Made by a program: the position numbers and the translations under genes. Positions 15,217 to 28,027 of a stretch of 64,000 nt of DNA are shown here, one piece after another (position 1 is the stretch's first letter; each line of letters begins with the position of its first letter). The notes under the pieces are model-generated. The model ran no database searches and was not told the DNA's origin. It saw only the letters and a list, made by a program, of their open reading frames with translations. The DNA is taken from NCBI GenBank assembly GCA_000320545.1, contig ADNK01001076.1, forward strand, positions 124,001 through 188,000. Direction: 5' to 3'. The DNA is from Bigelowiella natans CCMP2755. Its lineage: Eukaryota; Protista; Cercozoa.

Positions 15217-16005
15217 CCCTAGTTGTGGACGACGATGTCGTAGAAATAAGCAACAAAATGATCGGTGATACGTGGTTCTGATGGTACTAGTCTGGATGAT
15301 GTTTAAATGAATAGAACAATATACTATGTTTTTGTGATGGAATGATGCTTCGAACGGGGCACATATCTCAATTATTGTTTGGATTGGTTATTGAGAGGAG
15401 TAGTGTGTTATTATCAATGTTTCTGTCCATTTCTTCTTCCCAATAATCCACTCGATCCTATCCATTCCAGATAACTCGATGCTGTAGATGCTGTCGGTGC
15501 TGTTAATGCTAACGATGCTAAACACTGCAAGAATATATATATATTTTTGGAGGAGTAGAAAATACATGGATTGAATAAGCTCACGTACGTACGCAGCAGA
15601 GTTAGATGCCGCATATAAAAAGATTTACCTTATTCGGATGGAATCTTAGTAATATGCTCTCACACGCGCTGGTTAGTGCTTGTATGATGATACGTCAGCT
15701 TGTAGCCAACATCTATGGCCTACGATAATACAGATATGCTGTGATGACATCTATAGTCATGCGTGCTGCGTGGTGCATCTAATATACTAGGGCACCCCGC
15801 CGCACCTGCAACTGTATTACTACGTGGGCGTCGTAATATTGTTTGATTTAAACTACGACCGCGCATGACAGCCACGAGCGCAACAGACAGCTAGTATACA
15901 TGATATGTCTAGACGTACGTGAACGGTTGCTTCATGAATGACATTCTTTTTGAAAAAATGCATGACACGTACAGCCACGAAGAGACAAATGCAATACAAC
16001 TTTAA

Positions 16006-16096
16006 CGCTGTAGCTTACAGCGCGTTGCATAACTAGATAAAGATTGACACTTTGAAAAATGTAATCACAAATCTTTTTCATTACATCCGTCTCACA
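16006..16096 (+). repeat. Dispersed ~85-bp repeat, copy B (probable 3' end of a non-LTR retrotransposon)
   Basis: cgctgtagc...ttgaaaaa...ttcattacatccgtctcac aligns with 16675-16752, 34408-34494 and 34566-34665. Confidence 0.7.
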
Positions 16097-16314
16097 TCGT
16101 GTCCATACTAGCATAGTTCGATCAGCTATGAATGCGCATAGCAAAGAAGTAGCACACGTAGGTAAACACTACGTATACCACCTTTACATGCATGTCCTCT
16201 ATGCTGTATACGTACGTACGTAGGTATGCATGCATGTGTGTATGCTAGTACGTGCAAACATGTAGCTAGGTAGCATGCATCCTACGTACGTGCAGCATAC
16301 ATATAGTATATGTA

Positions 16315-16359
<45 letters not shown>

Positions 16360-16361
16360 TG

Positions 16362-16752
16362 GATACGCGCCATCTGTGGTGTCGGCAATCTTGGAAAATT
16401 CATGTTTTCTCGTGGACAATGCACAGAGACAGATGCCACATGCGATGCATGTGGCATCCTGAAGGACATGGATCATCTCCTGCAATGTCCAACACATGGT
16501 CGACAACAAATCAGATTGCGCAATCATGAATCGCAACGACGAGACAAACCGGTTGACAAAGGCTGAAAAGGATTCAAGAACTGTTGCGCGCAGCGCGCGA
16601 CAACATCGGACACTTGAGGACGCTTTCAAATGCATGAAGCACGTGGTGGCAGAAACCAACAGACACAACATTAGCGCTGTAGCCGCTGCATTGCACAGCT
16701 ACATCAGGATGACCATTGAAAAAATTTAATTGTTCATTACATCCGTCTCATA
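16362..16752 (+). mobile_element. 5'-truncated, decayed non-LTR (LINE) retrotransposon: ORF2 C-terminal CCHC region plus 3' UTR (repeat copy A), followed by a (TA)/(TG)n tract
   Basis: Translates as RAICGVGNLGKFMFSRG..CDACGILKDMDHLLQCP, resembling the R..TGH..L...C..C....E...HLL..CP zinc knuckle at LINE ORF2 ends. A frameshifted AFKCMKHVVAETNR tail follows. Its 3' end recurs three more times in the window. Confidence 0.6.
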
Positions 16753-16754
16753 TA

Positions 16755-16793
<39 letters not shown>

Positions 16794-16992
16794 AAGCTAT
16801 TTTATTAGGTTTCTGCTGATACTCTTGACGCAGCTCGCTGTCATCGCTGTTACGTTTATTATTATTCCAAGCGAGCTTCATCTAGGCTAGACACAGCAGT
16901 AATACGTGCAACACAACATAAAACAAATAAAGATGCATTAGCTTTGATCTAAGCTTAGATGGCACTTCAAAAGACATACGTTTAAATGATAA

Positions 16993-18899
16993 TTATTTCT
17001 CAGAAGAAGGGGTTCTCTTGAGCACGGTGGCCGAGCTTTTATTTCTTGTCTTTTCCGCTGCTATGGCCTCCCTACTACTACTATTACTACTATTACTATA
17101 ACTAATACTTATTCTTCTTGACCTCCGCGAAGGGACGAAGGCAAAAGGCCCAAAGCGTTGACAAGGTCGTATGAACCGCCTTTGCAATAAAGCTTGTTCT
17201 GCTTGTTTTTTCTCCAAAGAAGCAGAAGATATTGATGACTTTGTACCCTTGGAGAAGCCTTCTTCAGGCAATTGAGGGGTCTTGAGTAATGATGGTACCA
17301 TCTATCATGTAATAATAATAATGCAACAATTAGTATACTTAAGGAAAATTGTGGATTTCAGTCGACTTCTTCTATTGTCATCAAATACCTCTCCTCCTCC
17401 TCCATCACCACCACCACCACCACGGTGGTTGATTATCTCCAAAAGCTCTGTTACAGCGCTACTTGTCTGTGCATATCTTCTCCATTCGTCAAAACTTAAT
17501 ACTTGAGACCCTGCATCAAGCTGATTGACAACCAATGCACTACGTCAAGGGAGGGTGGTTTTGAGATTGTATAGTATCATTTGTATGAATTTTAAGAATA
17601 AATATGTAAAAAGTATCTTTACTAGTACCGATGCATGTAGAAAGCACATGGACGTGTGCATCCGCATCAGTAAATTCAGAATTAATGTTCCTGGCTCCCT
17701 AAATATGTAATTTAAAGTGATTCTTCTTCGAGGAATATTGAATAATTCTAAACGTGACACCACCCTTGCGAACTGGTGCCTTCTTCAGCTTTGAGAAGAG
17801 AAGAGGTGACTTTCAAAAACGACTTCCTGTTTATTGCATAATACACTAGCTTACATGATGCGGAGAGAAGAGAGGAAGGAGCTTTTGCGAAGCGCGAAGT
17901 GCAACATCGACAACTACTGCTACTACTACTACTACTACTACTACTAGTATTACTTTGTAATCCTTCCATTTCCTTCCAAGTCAAATAGATTGAAAATTTC
18001 TGAAATATTGTGGCAAATAAAGAATGAATCAATCAATCAATAATGGGATGTAGATGTATATGCCTGCTTTCTTCCAGATGCCCCATTCAACGTTTAAAAT
18101 GGATGATGATGATGATGATGATGATGAACACTTACGATGAAGTCTGTAATGGTCTGGGCCATATCGCATGACGAATTCTAATATGAGGAACTCCTGTTTC
18201 ATGAATGGACATACATCAGAATGAATCACTGTCAGCAACTCCTCCCTGATTATAACGGATTATGTATTACTGAGAAATCAATTGAATTGTTGGAATCTAT
18301 ATCGAAGAGCTGAAAGAACCTGATTATTTCGCGAAGAATGCCCAAATTAAACAACATATTGAATGTACAGTCTCTCATTTTGCTACTACTAGAATCGCAG
18401 ACAGTACGCACTGGTTAACACCACACCGTTCAAGTATCAGCTTGTCAATATCTGCCGGAAGATATCGGTCTTTCAGCCATTCAATCATTTTCTCTGCAAG
18501 TGGTGAATAAGAATTAGGATAGCAATCTGACCAAAAGTCATCATCGCATATTGTTAAAATTTGGGAACCACAAAACTACATGTCTGTCTGCATCACCCAA
18601 GATTTTTTCATGCCTTTCCATATAACATATGATGCCACTTCCTTTCATGAGACCTTTAGATATCGAAGAGTCTCTTGTGGATTTGGAATCACAGAGCAAG
18701 TGAAAGGATTCCTTAATCGCAGACAGCTGGTCCCTACGAACTGTGTGATACAAAACAGGGAGAGGAAGAGGAGGAGGAGGAGGAGGAGGAGGAGGAGGAG
18801 GAGCTAAAAAGGAAGACACAGGTATAGCTACTTGTCTTCATTACGTTGCTTAGAAGCTTCGTTAAAGTCCACAACAGATTTGCTTTGCTTCCCTCCCAT
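16993..18899 (-). CDS. N-myristoylated EF-hand calcium sensor (NCS-1/calcineurin B-like family), multi-exon
   Basis: Start MGGKQS (myristoylation-type); exons FFQLFDIDSNNSIDFS-EFL and IFNLFDLEGNGRITK-KSF (EF-hand loops), plus LSFDEWRRY. Confidence 0.82.
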
Positions 18900-19118
18900 G
18901 GGGAGCAGCCGTGAGAAGAAATCTGTTCGAGAGGGAGAGAGGAGCTTGTCCAGAGCTGAGTCGTTGTCGTCGTCGTCGTCGTCGTCGTACCGGTAGTACG
19001 ATAAAATCACAAGAATAATCCCCTGCATTTCGTGTTGTGCGTCATGACTCGGAAGACATAAGCGCTGAGGGGAATTTGCCCATGCGACATCGAACAGATT
19101 TCCTCCTTATCTCCTCTG
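18900..19118. promoter_or_regulatory. Short bidirectional promoter region (EF-hand gene / GT14 gene)
   Basis: Divergent ATGs about 220 bp apart; inferred from geometry. Confidence 0.45.
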
Positions 19119-21558
19119 ATGCTGATCACCACCCTCCTCCTCCTCCTCCTCCTCCTGCGGAACATCATGCCCGTCCAAGCTGCCACATATCTGGATCCCC
19201 TCCTTAGAAAAGCTGGACTTGAGGTTGAACTGAATTCACAACCTGAAGTAGAAGTGTCTGGGGGTATAATACACTACATGGAAGAAGATCTCGCGCTAGA
19301 TGATCCTCAGGGCTACTACGATGACTTGAAACCAACACCTGTTGACACTCTAAGTTTCCAACCAACACCTGTTGACACTCTAAGTTTCCAAGACCCTCTC
19401 CAACAAGATGAATCCTGTCAAGTCCTTAATGCTTCACAAGAGAATCAATGCGAAATGGGAGCAGCAGAGGACGAAGACTCTTACTTGGCGAACACTAAAG
19501 GTGATTACGAGGAAGCTGACGACAACGGCAACGAAATCATCAGAATTTCAGAGCCGATCACACACGCAGCAGATCAGGTAGAAATGTTTAACCAAGCTGG
19601 ACTAGATAGCGATGACAAATTCGGGTTGATGTTGTTCGAGATGGCTCGGGATAACAAACGTTGCCAGGAGGTATTGCTTCGTGACCTCGGGCATGCTCGT
19701 GTGTACGGTCAGCGATCTCCAAATACATTTCTACCGCTGCTTAATAGATGTCCAGCAAAAAAGAAGTCAAAACGACGAAAGCGTCACCAGCAGTCATCTG
19801 GCACGCCTTCCTATAAGCCTAACGTGCTATTCGCCTTCATGTTGCACACCGAACCTGAGACCGTCATAACGACAGCAAAATATCTTATGGACCCTCGAAT
19901 GGGGATGGGCTCGGTGAAGATTCTCTTCCACGTCGATGGTTCTTCGTCTGACCACGTGCACAAAGTTATTCAACAATTTTGCGATAAGCATGAAGATGTT
20001 GCACGGAAGGTTAGTCCTTCTATCGACGTGGAATGGGGGCGTTTATCCTATATTGACGCTCAAATAGAGACCATGCGTCTTGCAACGACCGTTTGGCCAA
20101 AAGATGACGAATGGGAAACAATTGTGTGGCTCTCTGGAGCTGACGTTGTCCTAGGCCGGTTCGAACTATTCCCGAAGTTTTTCTCCCAGCATAGAGGAGT
20201 ATCTTTTTTCAACGAGCATCCGCAAGAGGATAAAGATACCTTTTTCCTGATGCTCAACGACATGGTAACGGCGTGTGATGCGTTATCAGTTTCTCTAGGA
20301 TGGCGAGGCGATAAGCAGAAAGGTATGGAGCTTTCCATGGATCATATTAAATCTAAAGGGGGTAAATTTGAAATGGGAAATGTACAAGCATTTATGCATC
20401 GAAACTTCGTTAACTACATCCTAAATGGGGAGGACCCAAACTTGCCCATCCTACGTGATATTCTGACCTTCGTTCAATCGGCAGATGAGGTGTTTTGGCC
20501 AACGATTTTCCTTAACTCACCTCTCTGTCGCGACACTGCAAGATTGTCTCACGACCGACAGTTCTTCCTTTATTTTTGGCCGAACAACCCAGCGAAAACC
20601 GGGGAGAAGAAGCTTGATTTGGCTGGAAAGCGGTGCAGGAAGGCTAACTTCTCTGATCCTGACTGGTTCTGCGGATTGTCACCATTTTGGCTCAAGGAGC
20701 AAGATATCGCTCGTATCTCAATGTATCGTGATACGTTGTTTGTGAGAAAGGCAGATTGGACACACTCGGCGCCTGTGCTACAACAGATCGACAGTTGGAT
20801 TCAGAACAAACGAGGCCCTCCGCCTCTGATAACTACTAGTACTACAGGAAGGAGTGGCAGTGGTTCTTCTACTTCAAGTGTCATCCTAAAATTGGAGTCG
20901 CACTATAAGTCGTGCTTCGTTGTGCTATCTTCCAGACCCCCTCAGTTTCAATGGCGAATAGGCGGATGCAAGGAACAAGGATCTAAAATTATTCCGGTAA
21001 GAAGAAGATAGTGTACCACTCCCGCCTCCTTTTTCTCCTCCCTCATTTCTAGTAGACTACAACTCGTGAATAATGAACAAGTCTATCTTATGACAGATCT
21101 TACTATTTGTGATGTGCTCTGTTTTGTTTCTTCAGGTGTGCACAGGACCTGTCAAATTGAAGGAGGTCATAAAAGGTGGAAAAGGAGGCGGCACCCTCTT
21201 GATGTATAGCTCCAACGGAGTTGGAGGGCAAGAGGCTATCTGTTTGTTGAAATCTCAACGGTTTCCAACTCTCTGCTTGACCACACGTTACCCTACATAT
21301 GCTCCCGGAGTAGATGTTGGGTTTGGTCCTTGTGAGAGCTTCAAAGAAAATCAGGTTTGGAAGCTGTCAGGTAGGTACATCCGGCATGCTGCTGCGGTGT
21401 CTGAACGCTCTTACGGTGTACATCGTGGGAAGCAAAGGAATGGTCTTTGTCTGGCGAGAAGTAGAGACCAGCATGCTCTCTCGCTGGAGATGTGTGACAG
21501 TCTGCTCCAGAATAAATTAAATTATTTGCGCATAAAAGCAGTTTCTTCATCACATTAG
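19119..21558 (+). CDS. Secreted/Golgi glycosyltransferase family 14 (core-2/I-branching/xylosyltransferase-like) with a Cys-rich ricin-lectin-like C-terminus; one intron ~20997-21135
   Basis: Signal peptide; FAFMLH, ILFHVD, VEWGRLS, VWLSGADV and SADEVFWPTIFLNS motifs of GT14. Exon 2 has LCL..GPC...NQVW and LCL..LEMCD motifs. A 30-nt coding tandem duplication (PTPVDTLSFQ x2) lies at ~19332-19391. Confidence 0.82.
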
Positions 21559-22199
21559 CTTTCACAAATGCGGAAACACCCATTTTTCAACACAGCAGAG
21601 GCATTGTGTGTGCAAATCATGATGAGACCCTTTCATCAAAGCACATGTGGAGTCAAAACCATGACTAAGAAGCAATTGCATCACGCTGCGTCATTGTAGC
21701 ATCTAGGCATGAGCTCGCGAGCTATCGATTTCAACATTGAACGCACCGAGCTAGCGAGCGCTGAATGGCCCGGTGGCAGTCGCAAGCTGTGATGCCCGTC
21801 GTGCCCATGCATGCTAGAGTGTGGAGATGGAGTGATCATGTCGGAGTCATCGCACTGCGCATGTCAATTTGTGTTTCTGAATTGTGTGCTTGTGCCCACA
21901 GATGCCATGAAGCACGCTCTGGCGCTAGCACGGGACATGCACACGCCAGCGCGTGTCTAGATAGCTAGGTGTCACAGAGCGTTAGCGTGGGGTGACGAGC
22001 AGTGAGATGTTTCCGGCGAGCACCAGAGCAGGTTAGTAGGTCTTGGCACCACAGTGTGTGGAAGCCGCACAGCGCTCTGGCACACAGTGCCAGAGTGGGC
22101 GACGCAATGCTTGTGCTCTGACAATGAACCTCCTGAAGGCTATGTCGACACGATGGTCCGTGATCGGTGTCGTCTGAAGGGGCACCCAGTGACACTCTA

Positions 22200-22562
<363 letters not shown>

Positions 22563-22894
22563 TCATAGCTACTTCCTTTTGTTTGTTTCCTGTTCAAGAT
22601 TCAAGATGCAGTGCCAGAGTGTCCGGTTGTTTTTGTTGTTGTTAATTTGATGAAAGCCATTGTCCATGATGTGACGGACAGACATCCTACAATTTAGATC
22701 CATGGTGGATGAGTTGGGCAGTGAGGGGTGCGACTTGTTACACGTGACTAAATTGCAAACTTTTTGCCTGGATTCTTCCCACGTGAGTCTACGAGTTCTG
22801 CCATAGTCCGGTGAGAGCAGCAAGCACGCAGTAAATAGTTGCAGCAAACAGTCAAAGAGAAGGAGGAGGACACCACGATGATGATAATGATGTT

Positions 22895-22930
<36 letters not shown>

Positions 22931-23010
22931 ATAGTGATGGTGATGCGACCCAAATAGTGACCCAAATACTAGCAAGACGTTCTACACTACCTCCTACGAG
23001 CGGCATAACA

Positions 23011-23949
23011 ATGGTGGCTGCGCTAGATGAGGAGCCCGTGAGGCGTACCTCCCGTACCAATAGGACACGCGAGATGATGCTGGGAACTTTGGCTGGCGTA
23101 GGATCAACAATATGCTCGCATCCCTGGGACACACTTAAGGTAAGGATGCAGCTAGGAGGCTACCAGCAGCAGGCACGTGGCTCAATAGCCAAAACTATGA
23201 ACAGTCCGACCATGGTAGGATTAGCGTGCGACATTCTACGAGCTGAGGGGATGCAGGGATTATTTCGAGGCCTCCTTCCTCCCGTCCTCACTGCAGGCAT
23301 CAAAAGCGGAGCAATGTTTTGGTCGAAGGCGGTCTGGTGTCGCGTGCTGCAACCTTTCGCGCGCTACGATCCAGCTGAACGCACAGACTATGTCGTTTTA
23401 ACGGTGGCCGGCTTCCTCACAGGAGTTACTGTTTCACCATTACATACTGTAAGCGATCTAGTTAAGATCCGTCAGCAAGGCACCACATCTGTGAGCACAA
23501 AAGCTGTTGGTGGTGAGCAGACTACTATTGGTATGGCAAGAAGCATTATTGTGAACGAGGGCTGGGGAGCGTTGACCGTGGGATTGACTGCGACTACTTT
23601 GCGCCACGCTTTCGCCTTCTCTGCGCTATTCTCTGGCTACGAATTAATCGCAGAGACACTCAGCCCGAAACAAAAGCCTGAAGGATATGTAGCATTGGCT
23701 GCTGGGGGCATAATGGGGGCGTTGTCGTGGACCATCTCACTTCCGTGGGATGTCGTGAAGACGAAAATGCAGATGGATCCTGTTGCATTCCCTTCTTTTG
23801 CAACCACCTGTCGGCAGATAGCTGCGGAAGGTGGAGTTTTCGGTTTCTGGGCTGGATATAACGCCGTTGTCATTCGCGCGATCGTCTTCAACGCGAGCTT
23901 TTTCTGGTTTTATGAGGCATTTGGTAACTTAGTCCCATTTTCACAGTGA
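23011..23949 (+). CDS. Mitochondrial carrier family protein (SLC25A29/45/48, CACT-like), intronless
   Basis: Three carrier repeats: HPWDTLKVRMQ, TVSDLVKIRQQ, LPWDVVKTKMQ; also EGMQGLFRGL and FWAGYNAVVIRA. Confidence 0.93.
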   Translation: MVAALDEEPVRRTSRTNRTREMMLGTLAGVGSTICSHPWDTLKVRMQLGGYQQQARGSIAKTMNSPTMVGLACDILRAEGMQGLFRGLLPPVLTAGIKSGAMFWSKAVWCRVLQPFARYDPAERTDYVVLTVAGFLTGVTVSPLHTVSDLVKIRQQGTTSVSTKAVGGEQTTIGMARSIIVNEGWGALTVGLTATTLRHAFAFSALFSGYELIAETLSPKQKPEGYVALAAGGIMGALSWTISLPWDVVKTKMQMDPVAFPSFATTCRQIAAEGGVFGFWAGYNAVVIRAIVFNASFFWFYEAFGNLVPFSQ

Positions 23950-24732
23950 GAAACAGCGTTTCTATGTTCAGTGATCGTGAATTGAGCGTTACGTACATCA
24001 TGTCATACATGCGCGTGCGTGGGTATGTCTAACTTCACATGGGACGGTCCATGCTGCTGCTACTAGCTGCACATGAGCAGATCTTTCAAAGTAGATACGC
24101 ACACGTGACAAAAGTTAAATCCAATTCTAATTTGATCAATTTGCGCCAATCGTAGCTGTAATTTAGCAATGTGCATCATTTAATGAGATATAGTGACCAC
24201 ATCCCCAAATCTAGCGTGAAGGCATTTCAATGAACTGTGCTTGTGCACCAAAGTCATATAATCTTGGCTGGATCATTGGGATGCAGCTGCACAGTTGCAC
24301 CCGAATATCAGTTGCAAAAGCCGAGATATTAAGGATGTTCGCCAGCTATCATAGCAGTTAGTGACACAAGAAATCAAGGATGTCCCTTGTTGATGCATGG
24401 CTTGTAGTCTATGCTAGTATGACGTAGTTGCATGATGGGCGCCAAAAATGGCCATCTTGCAAGTACGAGAGGGCTCCATTGGTTGGGATTGACAAAATGT
24501 CCCCAATTGATATGAAGGGTGGCTAGGTGGCACTAGCTAGCTAGCTGTGATGCATGCTTTTGCAATTGTCTACATGTCATGACCTCAGCTAGCTCAGGGT
24601 TTTTGTCACATTCATCAAACGTTTGAGAGAACTTAGGAATGTGATTTGAAGTCGTTGGTTGCAGCTGAGCGCGCATTGTCAGTCAAACAGTCTGTCATCC
24701 GAACATTTCTGCGAAGTGTGACAGTGTCTGTG

Positions 24733-24769
<37 letters not shown>

Positions 24770-25328
24770 ATGACTAGCGCAACGTGCGGCAACTCGATCA
24801 ACGTGCAGCATGTGCAAAATTTGCAGCTGTCATCATTGAAACCGCATCTAGATCGTGTCGCTTGACTGCGCACGAACTACATTTTTGTGTGTGTCCACAC
24901 AGCCACAAGTCACATTTCAAAGGAGATCAGAAGTGCAAACATCATCATCACCATCATTGCATCGTTTTTGTCATCACGTCGCACGTGCTCAAATCAAAGT
25001 TGTGTCTAATCTGAGCTAGTGAGGCACGATACATGCTGCATGCAGCATGCTCTAATGCTGTAAGCGAGTTCTCAATTCATTTGATTGATCTAATCACTCA
25101 ATGTAACATGTGATCGCATCTAACAGTAGCGCATTTTGTTGTGACCGTAGTTACCGCTCATTAGGCGAGAGGCACCGGACCTGCAATCAGTTGATTTTCA
25201 TATATCTGCTTGCTTGTGGCATTTTGGTGAATAATGATGTCCAAATCTCATGACTAAAAGCACTCTTTCATAGCTCTCAATGTTCCAGATTTTAAGACAA
25301 ATCACAACATTGTAACTGGATCTGTCTT

Positions 25329-26714
25329 TTAATGAATGGTCCAACACTGCTTCCACAAACTGTAACAATGTGATCTTATGTGGTGTAGTTTGCATTTCCC
25401 ATCCTCTAATTCCGAGTGAGCAAAAAGATGACAATATTGTTCTTGATTATGGAGAGATACTAGCATACTTAGTGCCTGCAATATGTGGTAGATGGACTCC
25501 CGTCTTTGGGCATGTTTGCCTATCATTTCCTGTTGTATTCGTTCACAACTCTTCATGTACCGAAGCAAAGTTGCAACTAAAGCTGCGATGACTATAAATT
25601 TCACTGGACGTCTTGAACCAATATCTACCCTGTAAGAGTGGGTATGAATCTGATGAACTCAATGTTCTAACAAAATAAAAAAACAAATATTCTCACAAGA
25701 AAAGGGCTGCATCTTCACATTTCATCAATTTTTCATTGAACGCTATTTCATGAGCCATCTGAAATTTTTGAATATGACATGAATAATTATTTAACTCTTT
25801 ATCATTGTAACTTACTTTTAAATTCGTTGACATTTACTTTCGATGTTTCTATCACCAGTTGCAACTTACTTTATCGATATTTTCACATGATAGCTGAGTT
25901 TTTACAATGGAATCCGGAAGATACTCTGCAATAACTCTGGAGAAAAGCTCTCGCGAATCTTTATGAGCCCAAGGGGTTTCCATAATTCTTCTCGAAGATT
26001 CTAGACTTTTGCTAATACTGGGTCTTTCTGCCATCTTCGTTGCGATAAACCTTGCTACAGCAAGACCTTCATGTTCTTGAGATTCAAGGTATGCAACTAA
26101 CTCGGGCATTAGACTTAATATCCGATTTTGTTCTCTACTTTCGAGCAATTCTTTTTGGTGTGCATTGTCTATTTATGCAAGTCTTCATTCAGTTACTTAA
26201 TCACTTAATTGTAATTCAATCTCACATACCTTGCTTCAGTTGCAAAGGATTTGACACAGAACAAACAATGTTTGCAGATGCTTCACAGCAATCGGGCAGA
26301 CTACTTTCGCACTCTAGATTTTTGGAAATTTCACTCGAAGACAGAGCGATAGCGAAGCAAAATAACAGTTCATCGTTTCCAAAATGTTCTGAATGACATT
26401 GTGATTGTCATGTCATTGTGTGAAGGTGATACGATCACTAATTACTATGCATGATTCCGAATTCAAAATCACATATTTGCACATTTGACATTCTTTAACT
26501 GCATCGCAAAAATAGATTTGAAGGTTGTCTTTGCATTCCGACATTCGAAGCAATGAATCATTGAAGCATTCAAACATTGATTACAATTAGACATGTAACA
26601 CGATGCGCAGACAACATGCTGCGCTGCACACGTGATAAATATTTTGCCTACCATTTTCGGTTTGCAAAATTTTTCGTGCTGCTTGAATAGCTGCTTTTGT
26701 GAGTCTTTCACCAT
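25329..26714 (-). CDS. Hypothetical multi-exon protein with an N-terminal RING-like Cys/His cluster (possibly degenerate)
   Basis: TCAAQHVVCASC...HCFECR pattern, followed by co-oriented ORF segments (25852-26148, 25329-25604) with plausible splice sites. I could not close the gene model. Confidence 0.4.
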
Positions 26715-26746
26715 CCATCACTTCAAAGGTGCTATGATCAGATGTG

Positions 26747-26786
<40 letters not shown>

Positions 26787-27244
26787 AGTATTTAGGTTCC
26801 AACTTTATTTTTTCGCCTGTTCCTTACTCCCCTCAAAACAAAGGCCAATTCCAATGGAAAAGTAGGCAATCTCAAGATAAACAAACAGCCACCACAAATT
26901 TGTGGAGCAATGCTGAAACGAAACACTTCTTTTTCGCAAAGATAGAGTTTTAGAACTAAGTTCCAGGGTCAACAATGGTAGTAAATGCAGGTGACAATTT
27001 TTGATGGTTCTGACTAAATTTCCGAAACAATCAATCGATTTGCTGCACGATCACTCTGCAAAGTCGAGTCAATGTCAATTCGAACTTACTTCCAGTGTGC
27101 AACTCATCACTACCTGTCATCATTCCCTCCTGCTGCAGACATTGTGCAACTCATTCCATTAGCAGCTGCGGTGTATGCGCGACTCCCAACAGAGGAACGA
27201 ATGCGATAGACGACGTACGCCAAAAATTCACATGCACAATCGAG

Positions 27245-28027
27245 ATGAGCGGACCACCCTTCACCACTGCTATTGATTGTGCTGGGAGGGCCAAGATGCA
27301 TTTTAGGAGACATCTATGGGCTCCAATTTCTCCAAATCGAGAAAAGATTGTAATGTACTTTCGAACTCCAACTCCAATTTGCACTGAAAAGGAATTCAAG
27401 ATGAGCGTGCAAGATGATGGGAAAATTTCCTTCGAAACTCCTCAGAAGGAAGCAAAACAGCAACATGATGCCACCAGCACCAATTGGAGACCTCCACCAC
27501 CAGCTGGAAGATCAATGATTACACGTACACTGGAATGCAACAATTTCGTCTACTTCTTACAATCTTTGGAGAATCAATGTGTCTTTGAAATCAATTGTGG
27601 TATTCAAGTACATGAAGCCTTCCCCACATTAAGATCTTGGTATCATTGTGAGAAAAGACCATCAATCAGCATATCAAATTACGTGCAGCGAATCTGCACC
27701 AACATTGATCTTGAGTCTACAGTTTTTGTGAGCACCCTTATTTACATTTACAGGCTCCTGAAAGGAGGACATGTTGCCTTCAATCTTCTCACCATGCACC
27801 GCCTCACAGTCGTGGCTTTGCTCATTGCAAGCAAGTTCCATGATGACAACCACTGTTCTAATAAGTCATTTGCAGATGTGGGAGGAATGAGCTTGGAAGA
27901 AATTAATGCATCTGAAATAGACTTCTTGTTTCGCATTCAATTCGACCTCAAAATATCAAAATCGACGTATGAAACATATCGTATTCTCATAGCGCGATAC
28001 AAAGAAAGTCATCAGTTTATAAATTAG
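27245..28027 (+). CDS. PHO80-like / U(P)-type cyclin, intronless (start could be ATG 27401)
   Basis: PSISISNYVQRI..LIYI.RL..MHRLTVVALLIASKFHDD..SNKSFADVGG..EIN..EIDFL..IQFDL cyclin box. Confidence 0.9.
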   Translation: MSGPPFTTAIDCAGRAKMHFRRHLWAPISPNREKIVMYFRTPTPICTEKEFKMSVQDDGKISFETPQKEAKQQHDATSTNWRPPPPAGRSMITRTLECNNFVYFLQSLENQCVFEINCGIQVHEAFPTLRSWYHCEKRPSISISNYVQRICTNIDLESTVFVSTLIYIYRLLKGGHVAFNLLTMHRLTVVALLIASKFHDDNHCSNKSFADVGGMSLEEINASEIDFLFRIQFDLKISKSTYETYRILIARYKESHQFIN

